Source: an uncultured candidatus Brocadiaceae bacterium (GTDB lineage Bacteria; Planctomycetota; UBA1135; UBA2386). From it: a stretch of DNA of 64,000 nt. The position numbers and the translations under genes are program-made. The notes under the pieces are model-generated. The model was not told where the DNA came from. It did no database searches and worked only from the letters and a program-made list of their open reading frames with translations. Location: contig CAYQMF010000003.1 in the NCBI GenBank assembly GCA_964418595.1, positions 28,630-92,629 of the forward strand, written 5' to 3'. This document shows, one piece after another, positions 53,051 through 62,765 of the stretch (the stretch's first letter is position 1; each line of letters begins with the position of its first letter).

Positions 53051-54121
53051 CTAGTAGGTGAACTCGCAGACCAGGCCGTAGCCGATGGTCGACGTGCCGA
53101 AGTAGATGCCCGACGTCGCGGCGAGGCCGTTGGCGTTGTTGAACACGCGCGAGACGAGACCGGCGTTGGTGCCCAGCAGCGGCGTCACGTTCTGACGACC
53201 GTTGGAGTTGCGGATCGGGATCGCGCCGGCCGCCGCGTCGATGCTGTGCACCTGGGTGAACAGGGTGAACCCGGGGAACGGGTTCGGCATGACGAAGGTC
53301 GCCTGCGCGGCCTCGGTGGTGGTGATCGCGCCGGCCGCCGAGGTGTTGCCGATGGGCAGCATCACGATCAGGTCGGTGAGCAGCGGCGAGCACAGGCCCG
53401 GGAAGGGCAGGTTGGGGTTCGACGCGCCGAGCGCGGCGATCGTCGCGGCGGAAGCGGGGCCGCCGGTGACCGTGAAGTTCATCGACACGATGCCGCCGTG
53501 GTCGTAGACGGTGGCGGTGTGCGTCATCGTGGGGCAGCCGACACCCGTGATCGTCGACGCGCCCGCGACGTTGGTCGTGACGTAGGTGTTGGTCGGCACC
53601 GAACCGCCGGTGCAGCTGATCACGCCCAATTCCCAGACGAACGAGTTGGTACCCGTGCCGATGAACGTGTACGGCGTGATCGGCAGGCTCATCGCGGCCT
53701 CGAACGGCGAGACGCCCGGGCAGGCCGTCTGCGGGCCGACCGGGCCCCAGTTCACCGCCTGCGCGGTCATGACCTGGGTCTTCGGCGCAGTGTAGTTGGC
53801 GTCGAAGGCGAAGTTCGTGTTCGACACGGGCAGGCCATCACCGACCCACATGTCGAGCGACATGGTGCGGGTGCCGCCGCCGGCGCTGGTGCCGCAGATC
53901 TGGCGGAAGGCGATGTTGTTGATCACCTTGATGCCGACGCCGAGGTCGCCGTGGAGCTGCATGCAGCGGCGCACGACGGTGCTGTGGAACGGGGGCGCGT
54001 TCGTCGCGGGCCCCGAGGGCCGGCCGGACGGTCCCGCCCGCCGTCGGGTCTCCCGCCTCGAGCCAGGGAGCGGTGGCGTCGTGGTTACCGCGCCGCCTGC
54101 CGCGGCTAGTCGCCACGTCAT
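53051..54121 (-). CDS. paralog of the 46218..47240 protein; N-terminus anomalous (no signal peptide; possible truncated or degenerate copy)
   Basis: It shares the ordered motifs NA-P--S--VR--M, P-x-Y/F-x-x-G-T, GVGC and a PGxC...IPN/MPN...Q-x-x-x-x-D/W block with the 46-kb gene. The only upstream start (ATG 54121) overlaps the divergent gene's ATG by 2 nt. The alternatives are GTG 53974 and ATG 53962. Confidence 0.55.
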   Translation of the reverse strand: MTWRLAAAGGAVTTTPPLPGSRRETRRRAGPSGRPSGPATNAPPFHSTVVRRCMQLHGDLGVGIKVINNIAFRQICGTSAGGGTRTMSLDMWVGDGLPVSNTNFAFDANYTAPKTQVMTAQAVNWGPVGPQTACPGVSPFEAAMSLPITPYTFIGTGTNSFVWELGVISCTGGSVPTNTYVTTNVAGASTITGVGCPTMTHTATVYDHGGIVSMNFTVTGGPASAATIAALGASNPNLPFPGLCSPLLTDLIVMLPIGNTSAAGAITTTEAAQATFVMPNPFPGFTLFTQVHSIDAAAGAIPIRNSNGRQNVTPLLGTNAGLVSRVFNNANGLAATSGIYFGTSTIGYGLVCEFTY

Positions 54122-55871
54122 GCGCGCAGCTCCGCTCCTTACCGGCGTCTCGCTCTCCGGGATCCTCCTGATTCTGGCGTCCTGCTCTGCCGGCGCCGGC
54201 GGTCCGGCGCAGGCCAGCGAATCGGGACTCCGGGTGGTTGCGACCTATCCAGCGGCCCACGAGTGGGCGGTCGAGGGGGCCGACGTCGCCCTCGTCTTCA
54301 ACCGGGCCCTCGATCCGGAATCGGTGCGGCTGCGGTCCATCGTGGTCCGCCACCGGGGCGGCGGAGACGTTGGCGGGGTCACGACGGTCGACGGCGCAAC
54401 CCTGCGTTGGCAGCCGGCTGAGCCGCTCGCGGAGGGGTGGTACGAGCTGGAAGTGAGCCCCGACGTGCGCGCCCGCGACGGGAGCGAGTGGCACACGCTG
54501 CAGGCCCGGCGCTCCGAATTCGCGATCCGGCGCGATGCCGGACGGTGGAGTCACCCGGTGATCCTCGGCGCGGCCGGGAGCGCGAACCCGCTCCTCGCGC
54601 AGGATCCCCTCGGCGGTGCGGCGCTCGCGTGGATGCTGGACGCGACGGTCCAGGTGGCGGAGTTCGATCGCGACCAGGGCTGGCTCGGCGCGACGCCGGT
54701 GATGACGGTTCCGGCGAACTCCGACCCGGTCCAGCTCAGCGTCGCGCGCGGCAGCAGCACGCTCGCCATCGCCACGGCGCAGGCGCAGGCCGGGCTCCTG
54801 GCACCGGCGGTGGTGCGGCTCCGCGTCAGCCGGGGCTTCGATGCCGACGGCAAGCGCACCTTCGACGTGCCGCCGGTGACCTTCTTCGAGGCGCTACGCC
54901 AGCCGCTGCAGATGGTCGTCGATGCCGACGGTGCCGTCGTGATGCTCCTCGTGACGGCAGTCGCGGACCGCCAGGAGCTGCGCCTGCTGCGCTTCGTCGG
55001 GCACGACCTGCGCATGCGCGAACGCCTGGGTGGCGCGGCGGATCAGGTCGCCGTCGAGCGCGTCGAGGTCAGCGCGCAGGGCGACGTCGCGATCGCCTGG
55101 AACGAGATCACCGCCGGCGTCGCCGCACGCTTCGTGCGCGTGCTGCGGCAGACGGGTCTCGACCCGGTCGAACCGCTGGCGACGATCGGTGCACCGCGCG
55201 ACGCCGGGTTCGACGGCACGGGGAATGCGTGGACGCTCGTGCCGGCCAGCTCCACGACGATGCGCTTCCGCACCCAGACGGCACGACACTGGGCGCAGGC
55301 GGGCGTCGAGCTGCCGTACGATCTCGCGCACCTCGTGTCGTTCGACCTCGACCTGCTGGCGCTGGCCTGGCGCTCCACGGGGGGAGCCGGCACGCTCTCG
55401 GCGCAGCGGTTCGATCGGTTGGGCCGCGTGTCGGCCGGCGCCGATCTCTTCGGGCCGACGTTCGAGCCGCTCGTGCCCGTCACGTTCGTCGGGGATCCCG
55501 ACCGCGGCGTGCTCGCCGTCTGGCGCGCGGGCGACAGCCTGATCCACAGCCAGCTCGCGCGCGGCGCGGACGACGTCCTGGCCTGGTCGACGCCGCGCGC
55601 CTGGTATCCCGATCACCTTGCGGTGCCGATCGAGCGCGCCCTGGTCACGCCGGCGGGCCGACGCCGGACCTGGTTCACGTTCGTCGCGGACGGCCGGCTT
55701 GCGGCGACGTTCCACGAGCCCGGCCGCGCCATGCCCCGCCCGATGCGCAACGACCTGCGATCGGCGGAGGACGACCCGCTCGGCCGCGCGATCGTCGCGG
55801 GCACGGCGCAGGGGTACCTCCTGCTCGTGCATCGCAGCGAACGCGGCTTCGAGGGGCAGTGGCTGCGCTGA
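54120..55871 (+). CDS. lipoprotein with an N-terminal SbsA/Big_5-like Ig domain; rest unknown
   Basis: Perfect lipobox signal MRAAPLLTGVSLSGILLILASC. LRVVATYPAAHEWAVEGADVALVFNRALDPESV is Ig-like. The ATG at 54120 is in frame with track ORF 53796..55871. Confidence 0.7.
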   Translation: MRAAPLLTGVSLSGILLILASCSAGAGGPAQASESGLRVVATYPAAHEWAVEGADVALVFNRALDPESVRLRSIVVRHRGGGDVGGVTTVDGATLRWQPAEPLAEGWYELEVSPDVRARDGSEWHTLQARRSEFAIRRDAGRWSHPVILGAAGSANPLLAQDPLGGAALAWMLDATVQVAEFDRDQGWLGATPVMTVPANSDPVQLSVARGSSTLAIATAQAQAGLLAPAVVRLRVSRGFDADGKRTFDVPPVTFFEALRQPLQMVVDADGAVVMLLVTAVADRQELRLLRFVGHDLRMRERLGGAADQVAVERVEVSAQGDVAIAWNEITAGVAARFVRVLRQTGLDPVEPLATIGAPRDAGFDGTGNAWTLVPASSTTMRFRTQTARHWAQAGVELPYDLAHLVSFDLDLLALAWRSTGGAGTLSAQRFDRLGRVSAGADLFGPTFEPLVPVTFVGDPDRGVLAVWRAGDSLIHSQLARGADDVLAWSTPRAWYPDHLAVPIERALVTPAGRRRTWFTFVADGRLAATFHEPGRAMPRPMRNDLRSAEDDPLGRAIVAGTAQGYLLLVHRSERGFEGQWLR

Positions 55872-55887
55872 CGGTACGCCGAGCCGC

Positions 55888-56598
55888 TCAGGCGAGCGCC
55901 GTGTAGATGCGGTGCACGTCGTCGTGGTCGTCGATGGCCTCGAGGAACTCCTCGACCTCGCGGCGCTCGTCCGGGCTCAGGCTCACGGTCTCCTTGGGGA
56001 TGTAGCCCATCTCCGAGGTCGTCACCGTCCAGCCGGCGGCGCGCAGGGCCTTGGTCACCGCGTCGAGGTCGGTGCGGTCGGTGAAGAAGCGCGCGCCGGT
56101 CTGGTCCTCGGCGACGTTCTCGAGCGCCTCGACGTTCTGCGCGTCGGCCTCGATCGCGGCGGTCTCGATGTCGAGACCCGCAGTGGCGTGCGTCGCCTCG
56201 ATGATCCCCAGGTGGTCGAAGAGGAACGCCACGCGCGTGCCGAACTGCCCCTTCTTGAACATGCTGCGGATGTCGGGCGCCGTGCGGTTGCGGTTGTCGG
56301 TGAGGCACTCGATCATCACCGGCACCTTGTGCGGCGCGAAGCCCTCGTAGGTGACGAGTTCGAGGTCGGCCTGCTCACCGAGCTGGCCGGAGCCCTTCTT
56401 GATCGCGCGTGCGATGGTGTCGTTGGGCACCGACTGCTTGCGTGCGGCCTCGACCGCCACCGCGAGGCGGGGGTTCATGTCGGGATCGGGCACGCCCGAC
56501 TTCGCGGCGACGGCGATCTCGCGCACCAGCTTGTTGAAGATCTTGCCGCGCCGGTTGGCGGTGATCTCCTTGTTCTTCTGCAGCCACTGTCGGCCCAT
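55888..56598 (-). CDS. yebC: YebC/PmpR family DNA-binding transcriptional regulator
   Basis: N-terminal W-x-x-K-x-x-x-x-x-RRGKIF-KL-REI and full-length family similarity. Confidence 0.9.
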   Translation of the reverse strand: MGRQWLQKNKEITANRRGKIFNKLVREIAVAAKSGVPDPDMNPRLAVAVEAARKQSVPNDTIARAIKKGSGQLGEQADLELVTYEGFAPHKVPVMIECLTDNRNRTAPDIRSMFKKGQFGTRVAFLFDHLGIIEATHATAGLDIETAAIEADAQNVEALENVAEDQTGARFFTDRTDLDAVTKALRAAGWTVTTSEMGYIPKETVSLSPDERREVEEFLEAIDDHDDVHRIYTALA

Positions 56599-56711
56599 GT
56601 GTCGATGTGTTCGGCGGAGGGGGTTGGTCGGAGGAGCGGCGGAGGATAGCGGATCGACGCTGCGGAGACGGAGCGTGCGTCGCGCGATCCGGGCCCGATA
56701 TCATCCCGCGC

Positions 56712-57428
56712 GTGTCCGCCGACCACCCCCGCGCCGCAGCGTCGCCCGAGTCCTGCCGGGCGCTCGTCGTGGACGACGACGAACGGTTCCGGAGCTTCGT
56801 CGCGGCGGGGCTCGCGGATTCCGGGATCAAGGCCGTGCTGGCGAATGGCGGCGCCGAGGCCGTGGCGATCCTCGAGGATCAGAAGCGAGGACCCTTCGAC
56901 ATCGTCCTGCTCGACATCATGATGCCCGGCGCCAGCGGCTGGGACGTGCTCGCCCACATCCGCGAGCGGGTCGCGGTACCGGTGATCTTCGTGTCGGCGC
57001 GCGAGTCAGTCGAAGAGCGCGTGCGTGGGCTGCGCCTCGGCGCCGACGACTACATCGTCAAGCCGTTCGCGTTCGCAGAGCTGCTGGCGCGCATGGACGC
57101 GGTCATGCGCCGCCGGCGACACCTTCCGACGCTGCAGACCAACGACCTCCGGCTCGATCTCATCCAGCGCCTCGTCGAGGTGCGCGGTATCCCGCTCGAT
57201 CTGAGCCCCAAGGAGTTCGATCTGCTGCGCGTGCTCGTGGAGGCCAAGGATCGGATCGTGTCGCGGCGCGAACTGCTGCGCGAGGTGTGGCAGATGGTCG
57301 ACGACCCCGGCACCAATGTCGTGGAGGTGCACGTCGGTCGCCTACGGCGGAAGCTCGAAGTGGCGCGCGGGCCGTGGGTGCGCACGGTGCGCGGCAAGGG
57401 CTACACGTTGTCGAGCACGGTGGACTAG
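56712..57428 (+). CDS. OmpR/PhoB family response regulator
   Basis: Receiver (ALVVDDDE...LLDIMMPG...KPF) and a winged-helix output domain (LSPKEFDLLRVL...VRGKGY). GTG at 56712. Confidence 0.9.
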   Translation: MSADHPRAAASPESCRALVVDDDERFRSFVAAGLADSGIKAVLANGGAEAVAILEDQKRGPFDIVLLDIMMPGASGWDVLAHIRERVAVPVIFVSARESVEERVRGLRLGADDYIVKPFAFAELLARMDAVMRRRRHLPTLQTNDLRLDLIQRLVEVRGIPLDLSPKEFDLLRVLVEAKDRIVSRRELLREVWQMVDDPGTNVVEVHVGRLRRKLEVARGPWVRTVRGKGYTLSSTVD

Positions 57429-58856
57429 ATGGGCCGCGGCGCGATGATCGCAAAGCGCTGGTCGCTCGCCCGTCGGCTGGCCTGGTGGGTGCTCGCGGTG
57501 ATGGTCACGCCGGGCATCGTGGTGGTCGTGATGGGGGGCGTGTTCTTGCGGTCGTCGATCGAGCGCGAACTCGACGCGCTGGCGCAGGAGGAGATCGAAG
57601 AGCTGCTCGTGCGGGTCCGTTCGGGCGACGATCCGCTGGCCATGTTCCCGGTCATGGCCCGTGAACTCGCGCACCAGCACCCCGACACGCCGCTGGGCTG
57701 GCGGATCGTCGACCGGCACTCCGGCGAGGTGCGGGGAGAGTTCGGGGAGCGCGAGCTGGTGGCGAGCGAACCTGCCCTCGGCCCGGACGACCGCGCTCCT
57801 GCGGAGGAGACCGCCGTCCTCGTCGACCAGCGCGTCAAGCGCGCCTTCGACCTCACGCCGGAGCTGCGCGGCCTGCTCGTCATCGACGGGCGGCAGGAGT
57901 TCGCGATGCTGACGCAGTACTGGCGGTTCGCGATGGCCCTGCTCGGCGCCGGCGGCGTGCTCGCGTTGGTGGCGAGCCGGCTGCTCGCGGCGCGCGTGCG
58001 CCGCCTGGTGGGTCAGGTCGCCGAAGACCTGCGCGCCACGCGCGGCGAGGACGCGCCGCCGCATCCGCGCGTGGGCGCGCCCGACGAGATCCGCGAAGTC
58101 GTCGATGCCCTGGGAGAGGAGATGCGGCGCATCCGTGCAGAGGCGGAGCGCGTGAACCTGTTCACGGCGAGCCTCGCCCATGAGCTGCGTTCACCTCTGC
58201 AGAATCTCATCGGTCAGGTCGAAGTGGCGATGCTCCGCCCTCGCGATCCGACGACCTACGCAGAGATCCTGCGCAGCCAGCTCGCGGAGCTGACCGAACT
58301 GGGCGACGCCGTCGACAACCTGGTAGCGATGTGTGCGCGGCCCACGGCCGTGGCATGGGAGCGGGAGGAGTTCGACCTCGCGGCAGAGGCGCGGCTGCGC
58401 CTGCAGCGCGAACTGGCGCGCGCCGCACGCGACGGCGTCGACCTGCGGATCGAAGTGGCGGGCGAGACGCGCATCCGCGGCGATCGCGAGGGTGTCCTCC
58501 GCGCCATCCGCAACGTGGTGGCCAACGCCATCGACTGGACGCCCGACGCCGGGCGCGTGACCTTGCGGATCGAGGGACGGGAGAAAGACGTCGTCGTGAC
58601 CGCCGACGACTCCGGGCCGGGCGTGCCGGCGGAGGTGCGGCCGCGTGTGTTCGAGCCCTTCGTGCAGGGGCCGCGCCTGCAGCGGCGGCGGGCCGGCTAC
58701 GGCCTCGGACTGGCGATCGCGCGCGAGGCTACGTTGGCGCATGGCGGGACCATCGAGGTGGGAGACGCGCCCAGCGGCGGGGCGCGGTTCACGTTGACGT
58801 TCCAGCGAGTTTCGCCCGCGTCCGCGCCGGTCGCCGCCGTCGCCGCGCCTGCCTGA
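57429..58856 (+). CDS. sensor histidine kinase (cognate of the OmpR-type regulator)
   Basis: The ATG immediately follows the upstream TAG. Two TM segments, H-box FTASLAHELRSPL, N-box NVVANAIDW, and G-boxes DDSGPGVP and GYGLGLAI. Confidence 0.9.
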   Translation: MGRGAMIAKRWSLARRLAWWVLAVMVTPGIVVVVMGGVFLRSSIERELDALAQEEIEELLVRVRSGDDPLAMFPVMARELAHQHPDTPLGWRIVDRHSGEVRGEFGERELVASEPALGPDDRAPAEETAVLVDQRVKRAFDLTPELRGLLVIDGRQEFAMLTQYWRFAMALLGAGGVLALVASRLLAARVRRLVGQVAEDLRATRGEDAPPHPRVGAPDEIREVVDALGEEMRRIRAEAERVNLFTASLAHELRSPLQNLIGQVEVAMLRPRDPTTYAEILRSQLAELTELGDAVDNLVAMCARPTAVAWEREEFDLAAEARLRLQRELARAARDGVDLRIEVAGETRIRGDREGVLRAIRNVVANAIDWTPDAGRVTLRIEGREKDVVVTADDSGPGVPAEVRPRVFEPFVQGPRLQRRRAGYGLGLAIAREATLAHGGTIEVGDAPSGGARFTLTFQRVSPASAPVAAVAAPA

Positions 58857-58992
58857 ACGGGCAGCCGCGTCCGCGCAGGTCCCGACCGCGGATGAACGTA
58901 CCGTCACCGGTCGGCCCTGCGCGAGACGCCTAGGGTGCTCGGCATCTCGGCGAGGGCGGCGCTTGGTCGCCTCGGCTCGCCCCCGACGTGCC

Positions 58993-60525
58993 ATGGTCGA
59001 CATCGACGCATCCTGTCCCGGCCTCGAGCGCTGGGCCTTCGCGGTCTCCTGTTCCGTCGGACTCGGCCTGGCGGTCGCGATGCCCGTGTTCGCGCAGGAG
59101 GCGTACTACTGGAGCTACGCGCAGCACCCTGCACTGTCCTACTTCGACCACCCGCCGATGGCGGCGTGGTTGATCTGGATCGGAACCCGGATGTTCGGAG
59201 ACGGCGCGCTCGGGTTGCGCTTCGGGACGTGGATCTGCAGTTGTGCCACCGCGTGGCTCGGCCTCGTCTGGCTCCGGAGTCTCGGCGTTTCGCCCCGCGG
59301 GCGCGTGGCGTTCCTGGTGTGCACGTTTGGCGTGCCGCTGGTGGGCGTCGCCAGGTTCCTCACCACGCCGGATCCACCGCTCCTCTGCTTCTGGACCGCC
59401 ACGATGGTCGCCCTCTGGCGCGCTCGTGCCGGTTCGCTGCGGTGGTGGGCCGCGGCGGGGGCCGCGGCGGGCTGCGCGTTGCTGAGCAAGTACTCGGCGG
59501 GGTTCCTGGCGCTGGGCGGACTGTCGGTCCTGTTGCTCGATCCACTGATGCGCCGGCAATGGCGACGGCCGGGACCGTACCTCGGCGTCCTGGTCAGCAT
59601 CGTCGTGTTTTCACCGGTGGTGCTGTGGAACCTGGGCAACGACTTCGAGTCGTTCCGCTTCCAGACCGGTCGTTTCGGGCACGCGGCGATCGGAACGCAC
59701 TGGCTGTTCCAGTTCCTCGGTGGGCAACTCCTCGTCCTGCATCCGGTCCTGTTCGCGCTCCTGCCCGGACTGCTGTGGTGGCTCCTGGGCGCTGCCCGCG
59801 GGCGGGACATCGGGGCCCTCTGGAGCCTCGCGTTCGGCGTGCCGATCGTCGCGTTCTTCGCGTCGTCGTCGCTCGTCATCCAGGTGAAGATCAACTGGCT
59901 GCTCCCGGCGTTCGTGCCGCTGATGGGGGCGGGGATCATGTGGTGGGAGGCGCGCGAAGCCACCCTCGCCCGGCGTCGGCCGCGGTTGTGGGCGTGGGCG
60001 CAGCGGTCGGTGCTCGGGATGGCGATCCTCTTCGTCGTGGGGGCGCCGCTGGTGCGGTGGCTGCCGCAGGTCGGGGGCTCGTCGTGGTCGGGCTGGGACC
60101 AGATCGCCAGCCGTGCCGAGCACTGGCGGAGCGACCTCGATCGCGAGGACGACCGGGATGGCAACGTGTTCTTCTTCGCACCGAACTACCGGGACGCGGC
60201 GCAGCTGCTGCGCGAACTCGAACTGCGCCGCGAGGTCACCCCGGAGTCGATGCGGCTGCCGCGCCAGCCCGTACTCGCGCAGAACACGCTGGGCGAGCCG
60301 GCCCTGCAGTTCGATCACTGGGAGACGCCACAGCGGCATGCGGGCGAGAGCGCGGTGTTCGTGCAGAGCAGTCCGGAGCGCGAGCCCGAGCGCGCCCGGC
60401 GCATCTTCGGCTACTTCGCCTCCGTGCAACGCGTCGAGACCGTGCGCGTGCGGAGGTTCGGCGTCGTGGTCGCCAGCGCCGACATCTACGCTTGCCGCGG
60501 CTACCTCGGACCGGATCCGAAGTAG
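58993..60525 (+). CDS. ArnT/PMT_2-like GT-C glycosyltransferase (GT83/GT39-like)
   Basis: EAYYWSYAQHPALSYFDHPPM matches the conserved first periplasmic loop of ArnT/PMT_2 enzymes. The N-terminal two-thirds is polytopic and the C-terminal domain is soluble. The alternative TTG start is at 58963. Confidence 0.75.
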   Translation: MVDIDASCPGLERWAFAVSCSVGLGLAVAMPVFAQEAYYWSYAQHPALSYFDHPPMAAWLIWIGTRMFGDGALGLRFGTWICSCATAWLGLVWLRSLGVSPRGRVAFLVCTFGVPLVGVARFLTTPDPPLLCFWTATMVALWRARAGSLRWWAAAGAAAGCALLSKYSAGFLALGGLSVLLLDPLMRRQWRRPGPYLGVLVSIVVFSPVVLWNLGNDFESFRFQTGRFGHAAIGTHWLFQFLGGQLLVLHPVLFALLPGLLWWLLGAARGRDIGALWSLAFGVPIVAFFASSSLVIQVKINWLLPAFVPLMGAGIMWWEAREATLARRRPRLWAWAQRSVLGMAILFVVGAPLVRWLPQVGGSSWSGWDQIASRAEHWRSDLDREDDRDGNVFFFAPNYRDAAQLLRELELRREVTPESMRLPRQPVLAQNTLGEPALQFDHWETPQRHAGESAVFVQSSPEREPERARRIFGYFASVQRVETVRVRRFGVVVASADIYACRGYLGPDPK

Positions 60526-60540
60526 CGTCGCCGGCAAGCC

Positions 60541-61578
60541 ATGTGGAAGCTGCACCGCTACTACGCAACGGAGGTCCTCCTGGGCACGGCGATCAGCTTC
60601 CTCGTGCTCGCCGCGATCGTGACCGTGTCTCTCGTGTACCGCGGCATCGATCGTGCGCAGGGCGGAACGTTGCTGCACGCGCTGGCGATCACGGTGCTCT
60701 GGACCGCGGACGCGTTTCCACACCTCCTCGCGATCGCGGTGATGTTCGGCACGATCAACGCGTTTGCGCGGGCGGCCGCGGACCGCGAGATCACCGCGAT
60801 CCGCGCGGCGGGGATCGGACTCCACGTGCCCCTGCAGGCGACGCTCCTCGTCGGCGTGCTGTTCGCGCTGGTCTCCGGCGCCGTCGTCGATCGCGTGATC
60901 CCCTGGGCCCACTACCACAAGTTCCGCGTCGTCGCCGAGCTGGTGCGCGAGTTCCTCCGCCATGCGCGTCCGGTCGGCGATCAGCTTGCCCTCGAAGGCG
61001 CGACCATGACCTGGCAACGCGAAGAGGCAGGCCGGCTCCACGAGGTGGTGGTGTTCCAGGGGCGCGAGGTCCTGGTCGCCGACGAGGCGTGGATCGAGGT
61101 GTCAGCCGACGGTTGGGTCAGCGTCGAGCTGCGCGGTGCGAGGAGCCCGGTCAGCGGCATCGCCATCGCGGCTCCGACGCTGCGCAAGCACGTCTACGAC
61201 ATGGGCTTCGTGAACCAGCGGCCGGAGAGCGAAGACGACCTCGTGTCCGAACAACTGGTGTCCGAGATCCGTCGGGGCGTGTCCCCCAACCCCAGTCGTG
61301 CCGCCTACATCGTGCACCGCCGCCACTGCTACGCGTTCCTGCCCTGTCTGCTGATGCCCATCGGCCTGTGCATCGGTGTCCTCGCCCGCGATCGCGGGCG
61401 CGCGTTCGCCATGTCGCTCGGTCTCTTCCCGGTGGCGCTGTTCTACGCCGCCGATCTCGCCGGGCAGGGCGTGCTCCGGACGCAAGGGCCGGAGGTGACC
61501 GCGTGGGCCGCCTACCTGCCGATGGCGATCCTGCTCGCCGCCGGCGTCCCGTTCTGCTGGCGTACCCTCCGCTCGTGA
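60541..61578 (+). CDS. LptF/LptG (YjgP/YjgQ) family permease
   Basis: The layout is typical: 3 TM segments, a periplasmic beta-jellyroll and 3 TM segments. The N-terminus reads LHRYYATEVLLGTAISFLVL. Confidence 0.75.
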   Translation: MWKLHRYYATEVLLGTAISFLVLAAIVTVSLVYRGIDRAQGGTLLHALAITVLWTADAFPHLLAIAVMFGTINAFARAAADREITAIRAAGIGLHVPLQATLLVGVLFALVSGAVVDRVIPWAHYHKFRVVAELVREFLRHARPVGDQLALEGATMTWQREEAGRLHEVVVFQGREVLVADEAWIEVSADGWVSVELRGARSPVSGIAIAAPTLRKHVYDMGFVNQRPESEDDLVSEQLVSEIRRGVSPNPSRAAYIVHRRHCYAFLPCLLMPIGLCIGVLARDRGRAFAMSLGLFPVALFYAADLAGQGVLRTQGPEVTAWAAYLPMAILLAAGVPFCWRTLRS

Positions 61579-62711
61579 CTCGTGCCATCGGGACGATACT
61601 GCGGGCAGGCATCGCCGCTGCGTTGCTCGTCGCCACGGGTTGCACGGCGGTGACCACGATGTTCCCGGCGCGAGCAGACGACGCGCCCGTCCCTCGCGCA
61701 TCGCTCGCTGGGACCGCGCTGCGCGACTGGAAGGGCATCGTCCACTGCCATTCGTACCTCTCGCACGACTCCGAGGGGACCATCGCCGAGATCACCGCTG
61801 CCGCACACGCCGCGCGGATCGACTTCGTCGTGATGACCGACCACCAGTCCGACGTGTCGGCGCGTGACGGGGCGCGGGGAGTGATCGACGGCGTCCTGTT
61901 CGTGGTCGGAGCGGAGGTGCGCACGCCCCAGGGGACGCTGATGGCGTTCCCGCTGCGGGATCGCCTGCGCCGCTGGCAGAGCGCGGGCGCGCTCGTCGCG
62001 GAGGCCGGCCACCAGGGTGCGATCGCGTTGCTCTGCCACGCCGAGCACAACCAGGCCTGGGATGTTTCAGGCCTCGTCGGCGTGGAGATCGTCAACCTGC
62101 ACGCGGGTGCGCTCGCCGCCGATCGGATCGAGACGCTCCTGTATGGATTGCTCCTGCCGTTGCGCGCGACCTTCGCGTTGATCTGCCAGCGCAACGCCGA
62201 CGTGTTCAGCGCGTGGGATCGTCAGCTCGCGCGCCGCCACCCGTTCACGCCCGTGGGTGGCAACGACGCGCACGCCAACGTCCGGATCTTCGGTCCGCTC
62301 GGCGGCACCATCGGGACCTACCGCGAGGTGTTCCTCACCCTGAGCACGCACGTGCTCGCCGAGCGTCTCGATGAGCCGGGCCTGATCGAGGCGCTGCGGC
62401 TCGGCCGCACCTACGTGTGCTTCGATCTGTTCGGCGAAGGGGCGGGCTTCGATTTTCACGCCGAGGACGGCACCACCGTGTCGCCGCCGGGGGCGACGGT
62501 GCCGGCGTCGGCGACGCTGCGGCTGGTCGTGCGCCCGCCGCGGCCGGGGCGCGTGCGCGTGCTCCGCGACGGCGTGACGCTGCTCGCCCAGGATGGCGAG
62601 ACGCTCGCGATCGATGCGCCCGCACCCGGGGTGTACCGGGTCGAGGTCGCGACCAGCGGGGGCGCGCCTTGGATCTTCTCGGGTTCGATCCGGGTGAGTG
62701 CGAAGGGCTGA
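61575..62711 (+). CDS. PHP-domain metal-dependent phosphoesterase-like lipoprotein
   Basis: Lipobox LLVATGC. GIVHCHSYLSHDS...VVMTDH...GGNDAHA are PHP His/Asp metal motifs. The GTG at 61575 overlaps the upstream stop (GTGA). Confidence 0.7.
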   Translation: MTRAIGTILRAGIAAALLVATGCTAVTTMFPARADDAPVPRASLAGTALRDWKGIVHCHSYLSHDSEGTIAEITAAAHAARIDFVVMTDHQSDVSARDGARGVIDGVLFVVGAEVRTPQGTLMAFPLRDRLRRWQSAGALVAEAGHQGAIALLCHAEHNQAWDVSGLVGVEIVNLHAGALAADRIETLLYGLLLPLRATFALICQRNADVFSAWDRQLARRHPFTPVGGNDAHANVRIFGPLGGTIGTYREVFLTLSTHVLAERLDEPGLIEALRLGRTYVCFDLFGEGAGFDFHAEDGTTVSPPGATVPASATLRLVVRPPRPGRVRVLRDGVTLLAQDGETLAIDAPAPGVYRVEVATSGGAPWIFSGSIRVSAKG

Positions 62712-62765
62712 CCACGCTGGCTGCATCACGTTGCGCGCGCCGGGTCAGGGCGCTTGGATGGCCGA

